Assembly: GCA_028534125.1 (NCBI GenBank)
Contig: CM052817.1
Location: forward strand, 32,552,001 to 32,616,000
Direction: 5' to 3'
Length of the DNA stretch: 64,000 nt
From: Lama glama
Lineage: Eukaryota
Shown here: piece after piece, positions 25,287 to 38,696 of the stretch
How the letters are laid out: every line of letters begins with the position of its first letter
Position numbering within the stretch: position 1 is the first letter of the stretch
The notes under the pieces: generated by a model
Told to the model about the DNA's origin: nothing
Seen by the model: only the letters and a program-made list of their open reading frames with translations
Databases searched by the model: none
Made by a program: the position numbers and the translations under genes

Positions 25287-26262
25287 CCTAGCAGGGGATG
25301 GGAAGTTTCCAGGAGTCCTTCCTTTCTCTCCACCATTAATTCCAATGTTCCTCCTTAGACCCCATGCCTCCTGAGACAGTGGTTGGCCATGGCTCCCAAG
25401 GCCTCCCTTTACTGAGAGCTACCTTGGAGACGAAGAGTCCCCTTTCTCAGGTCCCTTAGAGCCAAGTGGCTGCAGCCAGCCTCCATCCTTCCTGAGCCAG
25501 GTCTTCATCAGGAGCTAAAATCCTTGTCATAGCAGTGGGACCAGACAGAAAGGTAGGAGGAAGTGGGAGGCTACTTCCTGGAGCCAGGAACCAATGCTCT
25601 GAATCTTCAGCTTCCAAAAGAGTTCCAAGCAGAGGTCAGGGACCTAATAGACACCTCCTGTCTGGCCTGGATATAAGCCAGAAAAGTCAAGGCCTTACAT
25701 TTATGATCAAGCACCAATCAGAGAGGAAAACCTCTGTGGCACTATCTTCAACAGTAAATGGAGGCGGTCACAGCTCACTACAGAACGGAAGTTTAGGAAT
25801 GGAAATTAGATTTCTGTGAAGTTCATTGAATGTTAAATCCACTGAGAAAATTCTATGCATGCAGTTAGGTCAGACATTGGATTAGCAACACTGACACCAA
25901 GATGATTTGTCTCTTAGCATTTTCAAAGCTTATTAAATATTCTCTCCTAAACACAGACTGGTCCCGATGTGTTTAGAATGCAGAGAGGCCAAATCAACTA
26001 ATTCCTTGTCATGTGACCACTTTTCTGTAACATTTTGGTGGTGCAAGGGCTAAGAGCTCTACATTTTTTAGGACTTTGATTTCTAGAAATTACTAGAACT
26101 AGCCTATAGTAGCCTCTCACTTTCTTGGGAGCTAATTGACTGGTTAGTAGATTATACAGAATGCTGAAACCACAGCCAGGTTAGCTAATGACCTTCTGCC
26201 TTTGCAGGTAGAAACCTCTGTTCTGTTTCTCTGCCTTTGTTAGGATTTGGCTGCATGTAACA

Positions 26263-26265
<3 letters not shown>

Positions 26266-26296
<31 letters not shown>
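26266..26296. repeat. (GA)n microsatellite
   Basis: gagagagagagagagagaaagagagagag. Confidence 0.9.
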
Positions 26297-26607
26297 GACA
26301 TTCATTCACAGCCATATTGGAACTGGGCTTTGCAGAAAATGTCTCTCTTGGGAGATGAATGACTTTTGAAGCCCTCTGGTGAAAGTTCAAGGGTTTAGAG
26401 GTTTGTTTTCTACCATCATCATAAGCTGTGTCATCAGTTTGTCTCTGTTTTTCTGAGCTTTAGCTATTAAACACTGAAATTCATCCAAGTGTCCAAATTA
26501 TGATTTTATCTTTTTGTTTTCAAAGATCCAAGGGCTTTATTTTCCTCTCCAGATAAGTGATTTTTAATTCTTTTGATGTTAAAAGATTTTCACAGCTCTA
26601 GTTAATG

Positions 26608-26855
26608 TTGGCATGCTGAAGTACTTGAGGGGAAGTATACTGATGTCTGCAACTCCTTTGAAATGCATCAAAAAACAGAATGGATTGATGGATGGATGGA
26701 GGATTGGCTAGATGGATGGAAATGTGATAAATCCAATATAGTAAAATGTCAATTGTAGAACCTACGTGGTAGCTATGTGAGGGATTGTTGTAAGAGTCCT
26801 TCACGTTTTCTATATTTTTTACACTTCCATAATAAAATGTTTAGTAAAATAAAAA
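26608..26855 (+). mobile_element. Old L1MC/ME 3' end
   Basis: catgctgaagtacttgaggggaag...tgatgtctgcaact..ctttgaaatgcatcaaaaa...cataataaaatgtt. Confidence 0.8.
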
Positions 26856-28164
26856 CTACTTTCACAAATTCCCTGATTGTGAGTGGGCCAACCACTCCCT
26901 CAGTCAAAGCATCTGAACTGTTATCAAACTCAGGTTCCATTGTGCAAGTAACAAGGGAAAAAAAGATGTGCATATTTGTGTCTGGTTTAAGAAAATAAAG
27001 ATGTAACATTTTGATTAAATTCTTTTAAATAAAGAGGCTTTAGAAAACTTTTATAAAGTCAAAGTATGTATGTATATGGTGATTACACACCCTTGAATGA
27101 TATCCTCAATGTTATACTGTCATATATGTCTTGAAGACAGGATGTACTGTGGCAATGAGGGGTCATATTTTATATAGTTGTCTCGTGTTAGATAACCTGC
27201 ATGAATTCCCAAGATGATAGTTTCAGTAATACAAATCTAGAGAAATGATAGCCTACATTACTTCATTAATTTCTTCTTCTAATATCTGGATTGCTTTTAA
27301 TCTTTTAAAGCTTACCTATCAATTAAGATTTGTAGTCTTTTATAATTTCCTTTATTCAGACTTAAACATGGCATGTCCATGAAATGAAAGATAAAAATTT
27401 TATAGACAATCTAACCATCATGCATTTTTATCTCATTAGATCATTTTGTCACCTCTCTCAACCTTAACTGTTCGTAAAAATCTCAGTTCGACAGAGACAT
27501 GTAAAAGGGAATTATATTCAATTCTCCACACACTTTCCAGGTAAAACATAGACACAGAAAAAATAAAGATTTCATGCTCCCCAATGTGAATTTCTATTTT
27601 GTTAAATGCATAACGACTCAATAATTTTCCCCCTTAGGATGGTCTTATGCGAATTCAGCTGCCTATTTAAAAGTTCAGTTAAAGAAAAATACAGACTCTA
27701 GGAAAATATAAAATGTACATTTTCTTTGGCTCAAGATTATCAAGTTGCAATTGCTGTATTTCTAAAATGGCGAAGGCTTTTATTTCCTCCTTCACTTTTT
27801 AGAAGTTTCAGTCATTCATCAAGATTTTATTTTTCATCCCAACATACCTGCTATTATTTATTCTTCAGAGTTCTCAGATAGCTTTATGTATTCTGTCCAA
27901 AGTTTTTGGTTGCAATCAAGGAGATAGGTAGGGTAGAGCATATTTAATCCATCACAGCCACTCAAAATTAATTTTGTCTGTAAGGTATTTTCTCGTTTCT
28001 CACTGACTTTAGAATCTAACCCTTGATTTAAAATTCACTCCTATTCTCTTGTTTTCTCTCTTATTATAGCAGCTTTTTTTAAAAAAAAAAGTGTCATCAG
28101 ATTTTACTAGCTGTCATTTCTTATGTGAAAGCACTTAAAATTGTAAAGAAACTCACAAAGAGTA

Positions 28165-28580
28165 GGAACATTGTGTCACTAAGAGCATGTGGCTTGGATA
28201 AACAACAAGGTCCTACTGTTATAGCACAGGGAACAATATGCAATATCTTACAATAATCTACAGTGAAAAAGAATATAAACCTGAATCACTATGCTGTATT
28301 GTACACCAGAAACTAACACAACATTGTAAATCAACTATACTTCAATTTTTAAAAAAAATGCATGTGGTTTGGTGTCAGAAGTAGCTGGGTCAAGTCCAGT
28401 TCTGCCACTTATCAGCTCTAGGAGGTCTTAAGCAAGTTGTTGGATCTCTCTGAACTGCAGTTTCCTCATCTGTAAAATAAAGATCATTATATAAACATCA
28501 TGAGATTGTTGCGAGAATTAAATCAACTATTATGTGTGTAGGGCTTGCCAATACTAGGCACGTAAGAAATGGTAACTATG
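28165..28580 (+). mobile_element. MIR interrupted by L1
   Basis: aagagcatgtggct|...ttctgccacttatcagct...cagtttcctcatctgtaaaat. Confidence 0.85.
28198..28358 (+). mobile_element. Short L1 3' end inside MIR
   Basis: aacaacaaggtcctactg...tcaactatacttcaa + A tail; TSD gcatgtgg(c/t)ttgg at 28185-28197 and 28360-28372. Confidence 0.92.
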
Positions 28581-29094
28581 TTTCTTGTCAGGAGCGGTTG
28601 CATTGTTGATGTTTCTTTAACCAATTCTTGCCAAAAGACTCTGCTTTGCAGTCTTGTTTCAGTGCTCATTGTAACAGTAATCATCAGACATCAATCAAGA
28701 TCATTGCAAACTATGGATGAAACCAGTCAGATACATCTTAAAAATGAAGTTTCATAAGGGATCTATTTGCTTGTGTATTTTTTAAGGATGTGGTTATGGC
28801 TGATGGCAGTGACCCAGTAACTGGCAAAAACATTTCCCAGAGAAACATTGACCAGAGGTTTGACCATCAAACCTGGCATCAGAATGCAAGAATCAAGACA
28901 GTTGTGGAAGCTCAAAGGAGGGTATGAGAGTACACTGACATCTTCTACCTTTAGCAGAAATTTTTCAGTCCAGTAGCTTTTTAAAAAAATTGTGGCTTGG
29001 ATTCATTCATTTCTTTTGTTCCCTAAAATATCCTGATACCAATTCTTTTCTCTTCACCAATCGTCATTGTATGTTTAAAAGCTTGTCACTGCCT

Positions 29095-29370
29095 AGGATT
29101 TCTTTGTTAAGACTGAAGAAGCAGTTTTAATAATTCAGCCTTCTTTGGGGCCCCCAATTATCTTTTTCCATTTGCTAATTAGTGGTCATACTGTTCTTTT
29201 TTTTTTTTTTTTGTCTGTCCTTTTTGATTTTCTATTGCCTTTCATACCTGGCAGGTTAAAACTCCCTTCGACGTTTGCTTTTTGATTTTTTTCCTTCTTG
29301 CTAGCTCTCTTGTTTATGAGCTTATAATGCTTGCCTGGGACTTTTTAATTGCACTCTATTTAAACACTAA
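29095..29370 (-). mobile_element. Possible ancient CR1-clade LINE ORF2 relic
   Basis: Minus strand with frameshifts gives TV*PLI...KAELL...SSVLTK, resembling CR1 ORF2 TVGPL...EKAELLN..FASVFT. Confidence 0.4.
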
Positions 29371-30384
29371 TGGCTTCTGAACTTTTTATTCTTCACATTT
29401 CTGCAATGATAATAAGTAATAGAGTCAAGTTTAACTGAAGAAGAAGAATATCGAAAGTTCTTCAGAGCAGAACACAGAATAATACAGCATTTCATTAGTT
29501 TTCAACACCCACACGAGAAATCTCACTTGCTGCTAATTCTTTTCCATTCCGTTGCTAGTGCTCCTGCATTCAAAATGTCTGCCATTATTTCAAAAGTGCC
29601 AAAATAAAGCAATGATTTCTTCCACAGGGAAATGTAGGGCTGAAAATGAGCTGACTGCTAATAAAGGGGAAGTACCAGTTATACTGAATACTGAAATTCC
29701 ACGTCAACCAATAGCCAAGTGTCTATTGTCTACATGAGTGCCTACTGTATACCTAGCAATGCAGAAAAATGAAAATATGTCAAAAGTTCCTCCCACCTCT
29801 ATACCATCTCCTGCTTCTTTTCATTCTAGCCAATCAAATTTTTATCCCAACTATTCTTTCTTAAAAAACATGAAGCTTAAGAGCTCCCCAAATTTGGCTT
29901 GCCAGCTGCCCAGAATATGTCCGTACAGAGAACCCTGAGAGGTCAAAGGAGTGGGCCACTGGAACCCCACTTTGCAAATGTGGAAACGCCACTCAGCTTT
30001 GTGAAGGAAGGTTCTTGCTGCAGTGACCCAGGAGCAGACCTGGGCTATGAAGGAAGCTGCCACGGAGCTCTTGTGTTTTGCCTGAGCAGTCAGGAAATCT
30101 GCCGTAAAACTGGTGTATGTAATTCATTTCATTTTTATAAAAAAGGATATTACTGTGATGGTAGAGGGAGTGAACACCTGAAAAGAGACTTCCGCTAGCA
30201 AAACCTCCTGAGCTGTGACCTGGGTTTCGGGCAGCCTTTTGTATTTCCAAACCTGTTAAGTTTTTGTAGTCAGCTAAGAAAAAAAAAATCTTACAATGAT
30301 AATGGCATGCTAAAAATTCCTGATAAAGATAATAAAAATAAATATCTCTGCAACTGGTTGTGAAAAGCTAAACTAAGACTTTTT

Positions 30385-30600
30385 TTTTCTTCTTGACCTG
30401 TTGGAGTAGTTGGTCTTGAACCAGCCCTCCTGTTGAAAACAACTATAAAACTGAAAAAGATATACAAAACAACTAATTTCTTTGATTCTAGGAAGGCAGA
30501 ATTAAGATCCTGGAGTGAAGGGAAGCAAAGGAGTTGAGCCCCACAACCGGCCCAGCACCCCCTGCACTGAGGTGCTGGGGGCAGAGCGCTGACGGGCAGC
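30385..30600 (+). mobile_element. Old L1M 5'-end fragment
   Basis: ccctcctgttgaaaacaactataaaactgaaaaagatatacaaaacaact...gagttgagccccac. Confidence 0.55.
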
Positions 30601-30729
30601 TGCCACCTCAGGGAGCGGAGGGATGTGGCTTAGGACTTCAGACTGAGTAGGCCAGGATGGACTGCAGAGTACTGCTCCACCCACTGTCATGACCTTTTCG
30701 AGCAACCTGCAAGGAAAGGTCTTGGCCTA

Positions 30730-30928
30730 AAGCCCCAAATAGCAATCCTGGCCCCAGCGCGCCCGGCCTGCCAGGTTAACCAAGGCTCGTTGGGCCTGTG
30801 TTGAACTTCAACTTGTAGCTTTACCCAGTGCTCCTCCCTCTCCCAGTAGAGGTGCTGATCACCAGTAAACATCCTCCACCTTCAAATTCCGTCTTGGTAT
30901 TTGCTTACAGAGATTACAACCTACCAAA
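30730..30928 (+). mobile_element. LTR16-like ERVL LTR 3' part
   Basis: aggtgctgatc..agtaaacatcctccac...ttccgtctt..tatttgctt...caacct. Confidence 0.55.
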
Positions 30929-30929
30929 C

Positions 30930-32346
30930 TGATGAATTCTAACATTTAAGGTAGAAATGATAACAATCTTATACACACTCAGAAAACAGAGGAGAAAAGA
31001 ATCTCCTGACCTATATTATAGGGCTGACAGAACCTGATACCAAAATCTGACAGGGGCATTATAAGAAAACCAAAGATCAATATCCCTTATAAACATGTAT
31101 TGCAAAAATAAAATTTAATTGACTACATTAACACAAGAGCTAAGTTGTATGACCATCTCAATAGATGCAGAAAAAGATTTAACAAATTTCAACATGACTG
31201 CATGAGTAAAAACTCTCAACAAAATACAAATAGAAAGGAATGTCTTCATTCTGATAAAAAGCATCTATGAAAAATCGACATGTGCAACATGCAAGAAAGT
31301 TTTCACACTCTTAGAAAAGGAAATTATTTCATAAATAGGACTTCAAAACCAAACCATAGCAGAAAAAAAATTGATAAATTAAACTTGTATCAAAATTAAC
31401 ATTTCTCCTCTTTGAAACACATTTAAAAAATAAAAAAGCAAGCTACACACTGGGAGAAAATCATTGCAATACCCATACTTAACATAGAACTTTAAAGAAC
31501 TCAGTATTAAAGACGGACAATGAAATTTTTTAAAGGGAAAAATATCTGAACTTCACAAGGAGATAGAAAATGACCAGAAAGCAATAAAACACCAGCCATT
31601 TGGAAAATGCAAATCAAAACCATGAGACACCGCTTTACATGCACTGGGATGGCTGCAATTAGAAAAAAACAAATAATAACAGGTTGGTGAGGATATGGAG
31701 AAATTAGAACCCTCATACATTGATGGTGGGGATGTAAAATGGCATAGCCACTGTGGAAAACAATTTAGTAGTTTCTCAAAATGTTAAGCATGGGAGAAAC
31801 CATATGACCCAGCAATTACACTACTAGATATGTACCAAAAGGAGTTGAAAACATAAGTTCACACAAAAGCTTGTACTAATGATCATAAGAACATTATTTA
31901 TAATAGCCCAAAAGTGGAAACAACCCAAATGTTCATCAACAGATGAGTGGATAAATAAAATGTGGCATATCCATATAATGAACTATTATTTGGCCATAAA
32001 AAGCAATGAAATTCTGATAGATGCTACAATGTGGACAAACCTTGAAAATATTATGCTAAGTGACAGAGGCCAGACACAGAAGGTCACATATTATAAGATT
32101 TGATTTCTACAAAACTTCCAGAATAGGCAAATCCATATAGAAGAAAGTAGATTAGTGCTTGCCAGGGACTGGGGAGAGGAGGAAATGGGGTGTCACTGCT
32201 AATAGGGGCTTCTTTTGGGGGTGATAAAGATGTTCTGGAATTAGATAGTGGTGATGGCTACACAGCAATATGAATTACTAAAAACCACTGAATGGTACAC
32301 TTGAACTTTACATTTTATGAATCATATCTCAAAAAAAGCTATTTTT
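30930..32346 (+). mobile_element. L1MB-type LINE (deleted ORF2 + 3'UTR)
   Basis: catctcaatagatgcagaaaaag; ORF remnant KWKQPKCSSTDEWINKMWHIH; ttttgggggtgataaagatgttctggaattagatagtggtgatgg. Confidence 0.92.
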
Positions 32347-33039
32347 CTTGTATAGGAGTATAATATTGGCCCAAATTCCCAGAACACCTCAGTCATTATC
32401 AAACTAGAGTTTCCATTAACCCTCTCCTAAAAGCCTAGGTCAAGTCACTGCTGATACGACCTAATTTTTGGTACAAAAAAATGTTGTTACTGTATGCATA
32501 GAAATTATGATTCTTTCCAATGTCTCTTCCAGGAAGACCATTTTTCTCCTTCCATCCACACACAAGGGAGAATGGGGCATAGTGTTACTTATATAAACAT
32601 TGCCACACAGAGAGTGTAATTTATTTTTGAGCTTTGAAAATAAAATCAAATTCTAGTCTACTTTGTGCAGAGTGCTTATAGTGTTTCTCTGCTCTAACAC
32701 TTATGTTTTTACTCTGGTGATGTTGACATTTGCTTGTGGGATTCAATCACCAACTCAGCTACCAGACCAATTTTTAAAGGATGTTCTGTTCCAAGACTGA
32801 CCATTAAAATAGCAAAGTATGTTTGTTCCCACATTTTCCCAACATTTGAGCCTAGGAAAAGTCTTCACATGAAAAGTGAATTTTTATTTTACAGTTTCTA
32901 TGGAGATTATTCAAATAATAGGAAGCCTAAGATCAACTGTACTTGAGAAGTAGCACATGAACATGCCTTTTAGTAAAAACACTATGTGTTTTCACCTTAA
33001 TGTGAACTGAAAGACAAAGAAATAGTCTGCGAAAAGAAA

Positions 33040-33160
33040 ATTAGCCTGACTGTTAGAAGACTAGATCTAGTCCTGGGTTTGTGGCTATCTAATTTGTGGG
33101 AATCACTTAATGGTTCTGGGCCCCAGTTTCCCATCTGTTACATTTAGGGATTAAATCAAG
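33040..33160 (+). mobile_element. MIR3-like fragment
   Basis: tctagtcctgg...aatcacttaa...tctgggccccagtttcccatctgt. Confidence 0.6.
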
Positions 33161-33185
33161 GGCTCCTAGTTTTTTTTTTAAGTGG

Positions 33186-33704
33186 TGTATTAGTTGGGAT
33201 TCTCCAGAGAAATAGAACCAATAGGAGATATATACGTAGAGACAGAGAGAGAGATACACAAAGAGATAGAAAAATTTACTATAAAGAATTGGCTCATGTA
33301 ATTATGGAGGCTGACAAGTCTCAAGATCTTCAGTTGGTAAGCTGGAGACCCCGGAGAGCTGATGGTGTAAGTTCCATTCTGAGAGTCAGCAGTCTCATAA
33401 CCCAAGAAGAGCCAATGTTTCAATTCAAGCTGGAATGCAATAAAAGATTATGTCCCTGCTCAAGGCAGTCAGACAGGAAGAATTCTGTCTTACTCATGGA
33501 AGGTCAAACTTTTTGTTGTATTCAGGCCTTCAACTGATTGGATGAGACCCACCTGTATTAGGGAGGCAATCTGCTTTACTCACTGTAACAATTCAAATGC
33601 TAATCTCATCCAAAAACATTCACAGACACAATCAGAAGAATGTTTGATCAAAGTGCTGGGTACCCTGCGGTTCAATCAGTTTGACACATACATTAACCAT
33701 CACA
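33186..33704 (-). mobile_element. MLT2B-type ERVL solo LTR
   Basis: tgtattagttgggattctccagagaaatagaaccaatagg...ttgacacatacattaaccatcaca. Confidence 0.93.
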
Positions 33705-33779
33705 GCTGGGTAACTCTTTCTTCAAATAGTATCTTATGTGGAAATAATTGCCTAAAACATCACAAGAAAAGTAAACAGA

Positions 33780-34232
33780 TGAAGCAGAGACTGCTGGTTA
33801 TCCTTAGATAGTCATATTCCTGCCTCCCACAGTGATTTTTTTAGCTGAGCATAAGGCCAATCTGAATAAAGATTATGTCTTAGGCACCCTTGTGACTGTG
33901 TACAGCCAAGTGCTGGTCAAAAGGATGAGAATAAAGCAATATGTGGAACACTAGGTCCTGCCCTTAAAGGACATACCTACTCCTTCCTCTTTCCTCATTC
34001 CCATTGGCTGGAATATGAACATGGGATGAGTTGTCTTGGACCATATGGGTGAGAACTACACCACACAGTTGCTGTGTCAACAAGAGTGAAGAAGTCTAGG
34101 CTCCCAGGGATCTTGCAGAGCAAAGCTGTTGTATCAGCACAGATTTTTCTGGGTGTGAGAAATAAAGTACTATTTCATTTATGCCATTGCTATCTTGTAT
34201 CTTCTATATGGAGTTGAAGTTATATGGTAACA
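33780..34232 (+). mobile_element. MLT1J-like MaLR LTR
   Basis: gcagagactgctggtt...ggctggaatatgaac...gtgagaaataaa. Confidence 0.7.
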
Positions 34233-34769
34233 GAAAATATGAATCTATCGAAACTTGTCTAAGGGAGACGACTATGTTATGTTTAGAAGGAATACTTGAA
34301 GTAGAGAAGTAAGGTCTTTAACAAAGGGCATGCTTAATGGAGACATTTTATATCTGTGAGTCAGGCACACTGGGTCAGTGTTGGAATGCTTGGCTCAAAA
34401 GAGAAAAAGCTGATAATGACCATCAGTCATCCACCCTCCCACACACAGAAAAGGGCTCAGTTTCTTCTCTAAGTAAATTTAAACATTAAAAAATATCAAT
34501 ATGAAAAAGAACTAAGGTCCTAGCACACCCACATTGACTGTGAATCCATCCAATCCCATCTTAAGGGGTAGCTCCATGGGTTTTGTTAGAATTCTTCTTA
34601 AAAATCACTGAAGGATATGGTTCCTAAGCTCTCTTCTACGTCATCATTCTCTAGTAGATTCTCCCAAAATAAGTGTCCAAGACCCACAGCACTATGCAAA
34701 TATAAAAAGCAGTTGTGTCATTTCATCTGAGCAACATAGAAAAAGCTTCTGGAAAGAGTTTTCTATAAT

Positions 34770-35280
34770 TGTTGTCTCCTCAAATATTCTCCTTAACCCA
34801 CTCCAATCAGGCTTGCATTCTATTTTTATGTATCTTCTCTTTTAAAGTTACCAATGAATTTCATCTTGGAAAAGTTGATGGGCAGTCATTAGCACTTATC
34901 TTACTGAATATCTCAACAGAATTTAACTTGATCATTCTGCCCTCTTTGAAACACTTCCTACACTTGACTTTACATCCTTGTGATTTTCTTCATATCTCAC
35001 TAGTTTATTATTCTCAATGTCCTTTGCTGGTTTCCCATTATTGTCCAACATTCTAAGGATTGACATGTCTCTTTAAGACGTGGTCCTCAGATGCCTTTTC
35101 TATTTTTAGTACCTAGATGATCTCATTTAGTCCTGTGGATTTAAACACCATTCACGTACGCATTGACTCTCAGATTTGTAAGTACCAACTTGCAATTCAG
35201 ATTCACATACCCAACTAACAGATCAGTCTTCACTTTGATGTCTAACATGTCTAAAACAAACATATCAGAAACCAGATTTT
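34770..35280 (+). mobile_element. L2 ORF2 (RT-region) fragment
   Basis: ccttaacccactccaatcaggctt...aaagttaccaatga...gatctcatttagtcctgtggatttaaacacca. Confidence 0.8.
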
Positions 35281-35289
35281 ATAAATTTA

Positions 35290-36790
35290 TGCTCAATTAA
35301 AATATTGAGGGTATTTTACCTATAGTAAAACACATAGAGTTTAAGTATTAACTTTGAGGAGATTTGATAGATGTTTATACTTGTCCATGAGAGACACCAA
35401 GATACAGAACATTTTTATCACTCCAGACAGTTCTCATACTCTTTTCCAGTCAGCCTCCCTCCCCTGCTCCTGAAGAAGAAATCACTGTTCTGATGACTAT
35501 TAGCAAGGACTGGTAGTGCCTCTTCTGGCAATTATTGACAAACAGGTGTTAATATTTCCAGTCGTGGTTGCTTTGTTTCTTTGTTCCTTTATTCCTGCTA
35601 GTTTCGTTTCATGTTCTGTGATTAGGTGCATACACATTTAGAATTTATTTGTCTTCCTAATGAATTAGCCCTTTTATCATTATGAAAAGTCCTTCTTTAT
35701 CTCCAGTAATACTTCTTATCGGCAAGTGTACCTTGTACAATATTAATATAGTTTAACCTGCTTTCTTATTATCAATGTTTATATGGAATTTTTGTGTCTT
35801 TTTACTTTCAAACTATCTTAGTCTTTGTATTCAAAGTAAATGTTTAATAAAAACATTTTTCTTTCTGTTTTAAAAGAGTGAGTCTAACAATCTCTGCCTT
35901 AAATTGGAATGTTCAGACCGTTGACATTTAATTATTTATATGGTTGTATTGATGTCTACCATTTTAGCTTTCCTTTTCAGTTGATCCTATGGTTTCTCTA
36001 GGGATTTCAATATGCATTCTTAACTTATTACAGTATACCTTGAATTAATATTTTGCCACTAAATATGTAATGTAAGACTCTTACATGAGTAAAATATGAT
36101 TTGTCATCTCTTATCCTTTATGCTATTATAGTGTTATATTTTATTTCTACATTTGTTATTAATTCCAAAATATGGTTTGGGTTTTTTTGTTTTGGTTTGC
36201 TTTGGTTTGGTTTTGGTTTGGTTTGATTCGGGTTTTGCTGTAAACAGTCAATTGTCTTTTAAAATAATTAAAAAGATCAAGTAATTAAAGAAAAAAATTG
36301 TATATTTACCCACATGTTAACCATCTGGTTTTCTTCATTGCTTGTGAATATCCAACTGGTCTTATGTTCCTTCTACCTGAATAAGATCCTTTAGCATTTC
36401 TTCTAGTAAACATGAGTCTGTTGGCAAAGAATTCTCTCAGCTTTTATATTTAGGAAAACATATTTATTTCACTTTCCTTATTGAAAGTTATTTTTAGTAG
36501 ATATATAATTTGCAATTGACAATTTTCCCTTTAGAACTTTAAAGATATTATTCAACTGTCTTCTGTCTCCATAGTTTTCAGTGTGAAATTGGCTGTCATT
36601 ATCATTACTGGTCTCCTGTATGTGATATGACCTTTTCCTCTGGCTGCTTTTAAGATTTTCTTTCTGTCTTTGCAGTTTGATTACAATGTGTCCACGTATG
36701 GTTTTCTTTTTATTTTTGTCTTCTTTTGGATTATTGAGCTTCTTGGTTCTGGGTGATGATGCTTTTCACCAAATTGGGGTCATTTCCTTG
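35290..36790 (-). mobile_element. Old L1ME/MD remnant inserted in L2
   Basis: Antisense 3' end (caagatacagaacatttttatcactccaga) plus T-rich ORF remnants (tggctgcttttaagattttc). Confidence 0.8.
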
Positions 36791-36796
36791 GCTAAT

Positions 36797-37110
36797 ATGT
36801 AGCCACACTGGCCTTATGACTATTCCTCAAATGAGCCAAGCTCTTTCATTATCTTTGTACATGCTCTTCAGTGCAAAAGTCCTTTCTTCAAGGAGATCTT
36901 CCCTGGCAGCTCTGTCACTCTCTAATCCTTTATTCATATTATTTTTTCATAAGATTTTTCACAACTTAACATTATAGTATATATTTATTTGTTTTCTATT
37001 GCCTTCCTTACTAGAATCAAGCCCCATAAGGGAAAGAATTCAATCACCATTGAATCATTTATAACAATGCCTGGCAAGCTTTAAGTATTTAACAAATATC
37101 TGTTTTCTGT
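36797..37110 (+). mobile_element. L2a 3' end, continuing the upstream L2
   Basis: agccacactggcctt...ctagaatcaagccccataaggg...acaatgcctggc...aacaaatatctgtt. Confidence 0.75.
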
Positions 37111-38608
37111 TGATTTGTACCACAAAGCAAACAAGTTCTCTCTGTGATCTAGTATATAATGATTTCATCTTAAATTAGATTTGGGGAGAGATAAATTTCT
37201 TTGTGCTGTAGAATTCTGTGAGGCCCTTCATGGTGAATAATGAAAATATCTTTATAAATATTGATGGCTTTGTGATGTTTAAAACTTTTCTGTGGTCTTA
37301 TAAAAGAAAATTTGCCAGTAACAGGAGAGCTGGGAAAATCTACTCAAAAACATTTTATAGGCAATATATTCATACCTGCTTCCACTAACACACTCATGAG
37401 TCTGTAAATCTGCAACCAATCAAATAGAGAGAGAGAAAATCTTTCCAGGAACCCCTGTACCAATTCCAATGCTGTTTGGCCTGTGGCTACTATTCTAATG
37501 CAGCCATGATAAAATGGACTTCGAGGATGAATATGTCACTGGGTGAGAAATACGGCCACAAATTCTCCTATTCTCTTCTATAGTGAAAAAAGAGAACTTT
37601 TGGATATCCAAAAGTAGCTCAATCCAGTGCAACTTAAGAAACACTTCTTGAGCAGCCACTATGTAATGTGTGCCATGAAAGAGGAGAGGAAAAAATGAAT
37701 ATCTATCTCATGGTCTCCAACTAGGTTAGAATTGCGGCAGTCTAGACTAGTCTAGGCTAGCCTAATTTAAATGAAAATTTATTTTCAACTCTCTTGTACT
37801 TCTAATTATTTTGTATGGGGAGTAGACTCTTTCCCCAATATGGTGATGTTCTGCTACATTTCAAAACTAGCCTAAAAGAAATTTTCACATTGGCAGGATA
37901 TACCACAGTAGCTCTTCTGGAGTTATAATAGTCTATTAACCTCTTTTGTTTGCTCTGTGCGAAAAAAAAAAAAAAAAACCAACGAAAACCTTCATTGAGG
38001 ACATGCAAGAAAAGCCTGCAGAAATTCAGCTGCACTGAACCAATGTGGCTCTCAACCTCAACAGAGTTTGTCTGTTGTGCTAGTCACAGTAATTACAGAA
38101 CAATAGCTTTTAACAATTCCAGTAGAGGAGGTCTCTCGCTTTGGCCTTCTTGTTTCTGCTTGTTTCTTCACTAATAAGAAAGATAGTTAGACATACAGTT
38201 AAGAGCTCTGTTTCATTTGGAAAGGTCACGTATCCCAGTCAAACCAAGGAGAGACTGATGCTTAATTACAGAGCCAAGAAGCCAAAGGGCTTGCCATCCT
38301 AGTCTGCATCTCCACAGTTTATAGCTAACACTGGTGCCATGCCAAGGTGACTCTAACTCTACAAATATGGTTCCTGGGGAAATAAATGCCTTTGTGCTGC
38401 ACAATTCTGAAAGGTTCTTTATGGTAAAAGACGAAAGTCTAACATGGAAATTTCTCTCTTATTGGGACATTAACACCATGCATCTTCATATTCTACGTTA
38501 ATATAAATAGTCCAAGCGTGCTTAAAACACAAATACACAGTACATTTAGTTATTTTGGTGGATCATTGATTCAGCTGCCAAAATTAAGTTTCTTTGCTGG
38601 AAGTGGCT

Positions 38609-38696
38609 CGATTTATAATCGCTTAATTCCAGATCCTTCCTTTTCTTTCACCCGATTTATAATCGCTTAATCCCAGATCCTTCCTTTTCTTTCACC
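38609..38696. repeat. 44-bp tandem duplication
   Basis: cgatttataatcgcttaat(t/c)ccagatccttccttttctttcacc at 38609-38652 and 38653-38696, one mismatch. Confidence 0.97.

Noticed and set aside
27440..27540. Possible 101-bp exon (tctcattag ... ccag|gtaaaa) with one open frame
   Set aside because: Peptide not recognised, weak donor, no partner exons; expected by chance
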